This document shows, one piece after another, positions 26,719 to 32,000 of a stretch of DNA of 32,000 nucleotides. The translations under genes were made by a program, and so were the position numbers. Source of the stretch: Nostoc punctiforme PCC 73102 (GTDB lineage Bacteria > Cyanobacteriota > Cyanobacteriia > Cyanobacteriales > Nostocaceae). The stretch lies in contig NC_010632.1 in the NCBI RefSeq assembly GCF_000020025.1, forward strand, positions 120,001-152,000, written 5' to 3'. Each line of letters opens with the position of its first letter. Positions within the stretch are counted from its first letter, which is position 1. Below the pieces are notes generated by a model that was given only the letters and a program-made list of their open reading frames with translations, did not search any database and was not told the DNA's origin.

Positions 26719-27347
26719 TTCGTCTGTTGCTTGTGGATGACCAAGATATTTTTCGGCAGGGATTAGTCGCTTTACTTTCGGTTGAAACCGATTTAGAGGT
26801 GGTTGGGCAGGCAAGAAATGGCTTGGAAGCGATCGCCAGAGCGAAGGCGCTCCAACCCCATGTGATTTTAATGGATGTGCGTATGCCTGTTTGTGACGGT
26901 GTGCAGGCAACCCGCGAGATCCATCAACATTATCCCTGGATTCGGATTTTGGTCTTAACCACGTTTGATGATGATGAATATATTTTGCAATCACTCCAAA
27001 TGGGCGCATTAGGCTACCTGCTCAAACGCACTCCGGCTCAAGAGATTGCCTCTGCCATTCGCTCAGTTTCTCAAGGCTACAGCCAATTGGGGCCAACAAT
27101 TGCCCTTAAAGTTTTTTCCCAACTAAAATCTTCACAACCTTCACCCAATTCCTATCAGGACTTACTGAGCAAACGAGAAATTGGGGTGTTAAAATTGGTC
27201 GGTCAAGGTAGAAATAATCAAGAAATTGCACAGGAACTGCATTTAAGTGAAGGAACAGTGAAAAATTATGTTACCCAAATTTTGAACAAACTGGAGATGC
27301 GCGATCGCATCCAGGCAGCTCTCTGGTCACAGCAAAACTTGCTTTAG
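26715..27347 (+). CDS. NarL/LuxR-family response regulator
   Basis: The receiver reads IRLLLVDDQ...VILMDVRMPVCDG...ILVLTTFDDD. The C-terminal LuxR HTH reads LSKREIGVLKLVGQGRNNQEIAQELHLSEGTVKNYVTQILNKL. Confidence 0.9.
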   Translation: MIRLLLVDDQDIFRQGLVALLSVETDLEVVGQARNGLEAIARAKALQPHVILMDVRMPVCDGVQATREIHQHYPWIRILVLTTFDDDEYILQSLQMGALGYLLKRTPAQEIASAIRSVSQGYSQLGPTIALKVFSQLKSSQPSPNSYQDLLSKREIGVLKLVGQGRNNQEIAQELHLSEGTVKNYVTQILNKLEMRDRIQAALWSQQNLL

Positions 27348-27518
27348 CTAAGACACGCCCATATCGGTGTTTTCCTGTAAACTTCAGGATGTCTACCTAA
27401 CCTGGTACTCCAATACACCAAATCGCCATCATAGGGACTTCTATCACCTTTTACCAACTACATAATTATTGCTACTGCTATCCCGTGCAGTCAATCCGTC
27501 TGTACTCTCTGCCAAAAA

Positions 27519-27575
27519 GGGTTTAAGACCCCCACCTAAGTTTTGAATTTCAGTGGTCTGCAATTGGGTGGGGTC
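27519..27575. repeat. Short hairpin repeat, copy C (diverged, with an extended stem)
   Basis: GGGTTTAAGACCCCCAC..N17..GTGGTCT. In addition, GACCCCCACC (27527-27536) can pair with GGGTGGGGTC (27566-27575). Confidence 0.55.
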
Positions 27576-27693
27576 AGAATCCCCGTCCAATTCCCTTCTG
27601 ACTTGAAAATCAAACTTTGGCTAAAAACCAAGAAGGATATGTGGCTGAAGTCGTTCAATGACGACAGCCTAAACTGAAACATTAATTGTGGGT

Positions 27694-28160
27694 CTAACTT
27701 GCAACTGGAACAGGCTCAAGATTAACTTGATAACCAAGCTTTTCTAAGCGCAAAACCCAAGCGTTTCTTGACACTTTCCGGTCGTTGTTTGTCAAAATAA
27801 TCAGCTCCTAAATCTTTATAAGGTTCTTGGCGCGATATTAAATGATATGCGATCGTTAAAATAGAATGTGCAACAGCAACAGCTGCGCGTTTTTTGCCTC
27901 TTCGCCCACTAATACGACGAAACTGAGCAGCAAGGTAAGTTTTAGTATGAGCTAGGGCATGAGCAGCTTGAACCAGAATTGTTCGTAAGGAACGATTGCC
28001 TTTACGGGTATTAGTTGAAAGCGTTTTACCAGCACTTTCGTAGTTACCAGGAGCAACCCCAGCCCAAGCAGCTAAATGTTCAGCACTTGGAAAACGGCTC
28101 ATATCCATGCCGATTTCAGAGACAATAATCTCCGCAGTTCGACTAATACGTGGATATCTA
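27694..28160 (-). pseudogene. IS110-family transposase remnant: 5'-truncated and frameshifted near the 3' end
   Basis: ..PRISRTAEIIVSEIGMDMSRFPSAEHLAAWAGVAPGNYESAGK...RRGKKRAAVAVAHSILTIAYHLI is the C-terminal IS110 domain. The usual tail LEKLGYQVNLEPVPVAS* is present but in another frame, ending at 27694. The N-terminal catalytic domain is absent. Confidence 0.75.
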
Positions 28161-28788
28161 AATAGTAGATTCTGACTTGCGTGCTCACTAAAACCTCAAA
28201 AATTGCTCAGTGGCGACAATTGGTAATTCCTCTCGATATCTAGGTTAGACTGCCCTTCAGGCTCTAGTGCTCTAATAAGGAAACAACCTCGCTTGTATCA
28301 GCCTTATCTTGGAAATTACCACATTTTCATTCATGGTGATGAAATTTTTTCATTGGGACTGCCCTCTGCCTTCCCCCAACCTAGATCACCAAAAGTTGCT
28401 AAGAACCACATTATCCTTTAAGTGACACTTTTGGTCACAGTATGGTTCACAATTTGGTCATGCAATGGGTAAAAGCACAGTAAACCTACGCATAACAAAT
28501 TTGAGTAAATCTTTTCGAGTTCTTTACTTTTAGTGTGTAAAGTGCAACTACTTACCAGAGATTAATGATTAATAACCATAAACTTGAGTTTTAGTTGTGC
28601 TATTGAACAATGGTTGAAAAACATAACTCAACATCCACCTCTTGCTTGCATCTTCTCTACCTCTACCTTCAACGATATAGAAAACTGATTTTAGAGGAAT
28701 TTGACAATAATATTGGACTAAATTTCCAAGTTCTTAAGTTTTATTATCCAGAGTAAATTTGCTCACTATATTTTTCAGGAAGGTTAAC

Positions 28789-29262
28789 ATGAAAAAGCTA
28801 ATTCATGCTGTTGCATTAACTTTAACAGTTGCATCTTTATCATCTGCTGCCTATGGCTCAACCACGATGAAAACTAGCAGATTTCCTGAGATTGTTGGAG
28901 CAGTGCAATTTCCTGAAAAGAAGGCAAAAGTTGTCAGACATTCTTTTCAGCTAAAAATTCCCCAAGATAGCAGAGCTTTATCCCAGATGACTATTGCTGT
29001 ACCTCAAGGTTTAACTGTAAGGAATGACATTAACTTATCTGACCAGTCTGGTCAAAAAATTGCTGCCAATATTACTGTCAATGACAGAACCATTACAATT
29101 GCTTTCCCTCAACAGGTAGTTCCTGGAACTGAACTCAACATTGATCTCAATCGTGTCTTAATCTCAGGGACTTCTAATGCTTGGCTCTATCCAGTTTCTG
29201 TCAGGCTTGTGGGGCTGAATGCAGATATCCCAGTGGGTGTATTTCGGCTACGAATTTACTAA
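28789..29262 (+). CDS. DUF2808-like secreted protein (cyanobacterial family)
   Basis: An AGGAAGG RBS precedes ATG 28789. The signal peptide is MKKLIHAVALTLTVASLSSAAYG. ...FQLKIPQDSRALSQMTIAVPQGL...ITIAFPQQVVPGTELNIDLNRV...YPVSVRL...VGVFRLRI matches the remembered DUF2808 pattern. Confidence 0.6.
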   Translation: MKKLIHAVALTLTVASLSSAAYGSTTMKTSRFPEIVGAVQFPEKKAKVVRHSFQLKIPQDSRALSQMTIAVPQGLTVRNDINLSDQSGQKIAANITVNDRTITIAFPQQVVPGTELNIDLNRVLISGTSNAWLYPVSVRLVGLNADIPVGVFRLRIY

Positions 29263-29334
29263 CAGGTGTTTTTGATAAAAAGTTGAACAGCAATTTTAGC
29301 CGTGATGGTTGTGATAACAGGAGTATGACTGCGG

Positions 29335-30678
29335 GTGTCAAGTGTATTAGTATTGTCTTTATGCATAACAATTGAGTCGCTAGTATGTTTATCCATTTCC
29401 TTGCCAGTTTTTGCTCAGACAGCTAGAGTATCAAACCTTACCCTGGAGACGGCAATAAACCAAGCTGAAGCAAATAATCCTCAATTGCTGGCAGCACAGC
29501 GCAGTATTTCTGTTACTCAGGCAGGAGTCGCCATCGCTGGAGTTATATCAAATCCACGACTAGCAATAGATATACCTTTTGGTCAAGCTGAAACTAAGCG
29601 TACTATTGGTATCGAGCAAGCGATTGAACTGGGTGGTAAACGCGGAGCACGTCTAGCTTTAGCCAACTCCGAGGTGCAACAAGCCCAGTTACAATTAGAC
29701 TCTTTACGTTGGCAAATTCGTATTCAGGTACGTCAGGCTTATGCAGAGTTAGCGGTCGCTCAAGGAGCGCAGCAGAATACAGAACAATCTCTTGCTATCA
29801 ACAAACAACTTGTTGATATTGCTAAGATACGTTTTCAAGCAAACGATGTAGCACGAGCAGATGTTGTCCAAGCTGAGTTTGCATTTACTCAAGCACAACA
29901 AAAACTTGAACCAGCAGTTAACCGCGTTCGTCAGGCTACCATTCGTCTTAATACCCTTTTAGGTCAACCTACTGACACAGCGATTAATTTAGTGGATGGC
30001 AAGGCGTTCCGATTTTCTGTGAAAGACTCACAGCAAAAGTTGGCTACTTTAGCAAAGCTTCCAGATTTAAGCGTGTTAAAAAAGTTAGCGAAAGCGTCAC
30101 GATTAGATTTAGCTCTAGCTCAACAACAAATACAAGTTAATAATAAACAGATTCAAGTGGCTTATTCAGCCCGTATTCCAGATATCACCTTTGCAGCATC
30201 TTATGTTTGGGACCCTGGTTTAAGTACATCTGGTGCGCCACCTCCTACAACGACAACAGCTGTCATTTTGGGTGTGCGAGTGGATCTGCCTTTGTTCAAT
30301 AGCGGAGGGAGTGGAGTCAGACAAGCTCGTGCTAATCTTTCTGTGTCTGAAGCACAGAACGCAGCTTTAGGATTACAAACGGATTCTGAGGTGGCAACAG
30401 CCTACGAAAATGTTTTGAGTACCCAACGAGTATTAGAACGCGATCGCACAGTTTTATTACCGCAAGCTCTAGAAGTCCTTAATTTATCCCGCAAAAGTTA
30501 TGAGTATGGTCAAACTGGTTTGAGTGATGCTTTACTCACACAGCAGTCTGTGCAAGCTGTGTTTGATAACTTCTACACTGATATCCTCTCCTACCAAACG
30601 GCTTTAGGCACATTAGAGCAAGCCGTCAATCTACCCTTGTCTGTGATTTACAACACCAATGCCCCCAAAACACCTTAA
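29335..30678 (+). CDS. Outer-membrane efflux protein (TolC/OEP family, CzcC-like position)
   Basis: 447 aa, with the start (GTG 29335) uncertain. There is a signal-like N-terminus ending in AQT. The two-repeat OEP architecture with long coiled segments (LTLETAINQAEANNPQLLAA..., ...LSDALLTQQSVQAV...YQTALGTLEQAV) is typical. Confidence 0.8.
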   Translation: MSSVLVLSLCITIESLVCLSISLPVFAQTARVSNLTLETAINQAEANNPQLLAAQRSISVTQAGVAIAGVISNPRLAIDIPFGQAETKRTIGIEQAIELGGKRGARLALANSEVQQAQLQLDSLRWQIRIQVRQAYAELAVAQGAQQNTEQSLAINKQLVDIAKIRFQANDVARADVVQAEFAFTQAQQKLEPAVNRVRQATIRLNTLLGQPTDTAINLVDGKAFRFSVKDSQQKLATLAKLPDLSVLKKLAKASRLDLALAQQQIQVNNKQIQVAYSARIPDITFAASYVWDPGLSTSGAPPPTTTTAVILGVRVDLPLFNSGGSGVRQARANLSVSEAQNAALGLQTDSEVATAYENVLSTQRVLERDRTVLLPQALEVLNLSRKSYEYGQTGLSDALLTQQSVQAVFDNFYTDILSYQTALGTLEQAVNLPLSVIYNTNAPKTP

Positions 30679-30691
30679 ACAATCGGGGTGT

Positions 30692-32000
30692 TTGCCGGGG
30701 AAACTTCCCTTGCCAAACATCTTTACTACTATCTTGCTGATGCTGTTGCTAATTGGTTGTCAAGGAAAAGACCCAACAGCCACTGAAACCCCTCCTATAG
30801 TATCCTTACCTATTGTTGACGTGCAACGCCAGGATATACCTGTGGTAGTAAACATTCGCGGCACAGTTAGCGCTTCTCCGAATGCAAATGCTAAAGTTAG
30901 CCCAGCTGTAGCGGGAAAACTTGTAGCTGTTACCGTAGTAAGTGGTCAACAGGTGACTAAAGGGCAAATAATAGCTCGTCTGGATAATCGTCAGAATCTC
31001 GATCAGGTAAACCAAGTAACAGCAGCGTTACGTTCAGCCCAAGCGGGTGTTGCTCAAGCACGCACTAATTTGGAACTTGCACAGAAAAATTTCGCGCGAT
31101 CGCGCCGTCTCTATAACGAAGCTCTTAATCCGACGCAAAAAGCAACAGATCCCGGTATCCAAGGAGCAAGAGGAGGTGTTGCTCAAGCTCAAAGTAATCT
31201 CATTTTGGCTCAAAATAACTTACAACGACAACAACAACTCTTTAAAGAAGGCATAACACCTAAAAAAGACTTGATTGCTGCCCAAAATCAGATCGAAACC
31301 GCTCAAGGTGCTCTGGTAACTGCCCAAGCAGCTGTACAACAAGTCGCGCCCGATAAAGATGTGATTGCCGCTCAATCTCAAGTGGAAACGGCCAAAGCTC
31401 AACTTGCTGCTGCAATTGCTCAAGAGAAACAGGCTAATGCTTCCCGCGATCAAGCCCAAACTCAACTCAGCTTTACTGATATCCGCAGCCCCATCACTGG
31501 AATTGTAGCTAACCGCTTTTTGAATAATAGTGATACCACTGACCCTAATACACCAGTCATTCAGGTCGTGAACTTATCAAAGGTAATAGTCAATGGCAAC
31601 ATCAACGCTGACAAAAAAGCTAATATTCGTGTTGGTCAAAGCGCCAAAGTCCTTAGTTTAACTGGCAGCAGCTATTCCGGTGTTGTCACTGCTGTTAGTC
31701 CGATTGTCGATCCCCAAAGTAATACCTGGAATATCCAAATCCGCGTTGAGAATTCTGGCGGACAGTTAAAAGAGAACCAAATTGTTACTGCGTCTATTAC
31801 TACAGATATTCATAAAGCCGCAATTACAGTGCCCCAAACGGCGTTGGTTCCAGACCCAGAAAATCCAAATGGACGTATGGTTTATACAGTCAAAGCTGGG
31901 AAGTTGGAAAGAAAAAAAGTGCAAATTGGCATCCAGCAAAGCGATTTACTCAGCGGCGATCGCTCTGCTTCCCGCGTTGAGATTGTGTCAGGATTAATGG
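30692..32000 (+). CDS. Efflux-pump periplasmic adaptor (membrane fusion protein, HlyD/RND-MFP family); 3' end lies outside the window
   Basis: It is missing from the ORF track because it has no in-window stop. The frame is open from TTG 30692 to 32000. The lipoprotein signal is MPGKLPLPNIFTTILLMLLLIGC (lipobox LIGC). GTVSASPNANAKVSPAVAGKLVAVTVVSGQQVTKGQIIARLD is the barrel-sandwich lipoyl motif. Long coiled-coil Q/A-rich hairpins follow, then FTDIRSPITGIVANR. Confidence 0.8.
   Translation, partial: MPGKLPLPNIFTTILLMLLLIGCQGKDPTATETPPIVSLPIVDVQRQDIPVVVNIRGTVSASPNANAKVSPAVAGKLVAVTVVSGQQVTKGQIIARLDNRQNLDQVNQVTAALRSAQAGVAQARTNLELAQKNFARSRRLYNEALNPTQKATDPGIQGARGGVAQAQSNLILAQNNLQRQQQLFKEGITPKKDLIAAQNQIETAQGALVTAQAAVQQVAPDKDVIAAQSQVETAKAQLAAAIAQEKQANASRDQAQTQLSFTDIRSPITGIVANRFLNNSDTTDPNTPVIQVVNLSKVIVNGNINADKKANIRVGQSAKVLSLTGSSYSGVVTAVSPIVDPQSNTWNIQIRVENSGGQLKENQIVTASITTDIHKAAITVPQTALVPDPENPNGRMVYTVKAGKLERKKVQIGIQQSDLLSGDRSASRVEIVSGLM

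Noticed and set aside
25567-27009. The - strand ORFs 25567-25749, 26057-26278 and 26713-27009
   Set aside because: They are antisense to the well-supported histidine kinase and NarL-type regulator genes.
27520-27693. A functional IS110/IS1111 bridge-type guide RNA downstream of the transposase remnant
   Set aside because: The recombinase gene is truncated and frameshifted, so the element is dead. I cannot align the flank to a known model by eye. It is kept only as a low-priority note in the findings.
29181-29375. ORF 29181-29375 between the DUF2808 and OMP genes
   Set aside because: It overlaps the 3' end of the DUF2808 gene and the 5' end of the OMP gene in other frames, is Cys-rich with an odd composition, and is probably spurious.
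30806-31997. ORFs 30806-31015, 31047-31256, 31220-31465 and 31782-31997
   Set aside because: All lie within the long open frame of the membrane-fusion-protein gene, in other frames or on the other strand. The MFP frame has clear family motifs and these do not.
29335-32000. The TolC-like and adaptor genes as the missing type I secretion apparatus for the RTX protein at 11441
   Set aside because: The OMP-first order and a lipoprotein-type adaptor fit an RND (czcCBA-like) efflux operon. No ABC exporter is visible, and the locus lies 14 kb away past two IS elements. A shared outer-membrane factor cannot be excluded, but the sequence does not support it.

Overview
The window looks like a cyanobacterial, Nostocales-like chromosome segment. 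By eye I count at least 14 copies of the HIP1 octamer GCGATCGC, there are heptameric STRR-type tandem arrays, and the intergenic DNA is AT-rich. The region is accessory and heavily degraded. Six IS-derived elements from at least four families are present: an IS630 fragment, an IS4-family element, a short transposase N-terminal remnant, an IS701-like element carrying a nested IS630-family element, and an IS110 remnant. Several genes are frameshifted or truncated: a C5-methyltransferase remnant, an Avd-like four-helix-bundle gene, a DUF488-like gene and two small ORFs. Intact content: a 7-TM protein resembling Pyr4/PaxB membrane terpene cyclases beside an IS-split isopentenyl-phosphate-kinase-like gene; a GT4 glycosyltransferase; a CheY-like regulator; a 1420-aa leaderless RTX protein with a central phosphodiesterase (alkaline-phosphatase-superfamily) domain; a His-rich secreted peptide; an MFS transporter; a GC-rich four-repeat membrane protein; an OmpR-type and a NarL-type two-component pair; DUF2127, DUF2141 and DUF2808 proteins; and the start of an OMP-MFP (czcCB-like) efflux operon that runs off the right edge. 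The best leads are the terpene-cyclase/IPK pair, a duplicated roughly 260-nt intergenic element with a conserved promoter and wobble-preserved stem (candidate ncRNA), an inverted-heptamer-flanked four-helix-bundle cassette inside a small ORF, and a five-fold ACTAGATA motif cluster upstream of the RTX gene. I saw no CRISPR array, rRNA or tRNA. All family assignments rest on motif recognition by eye and need profile searches.
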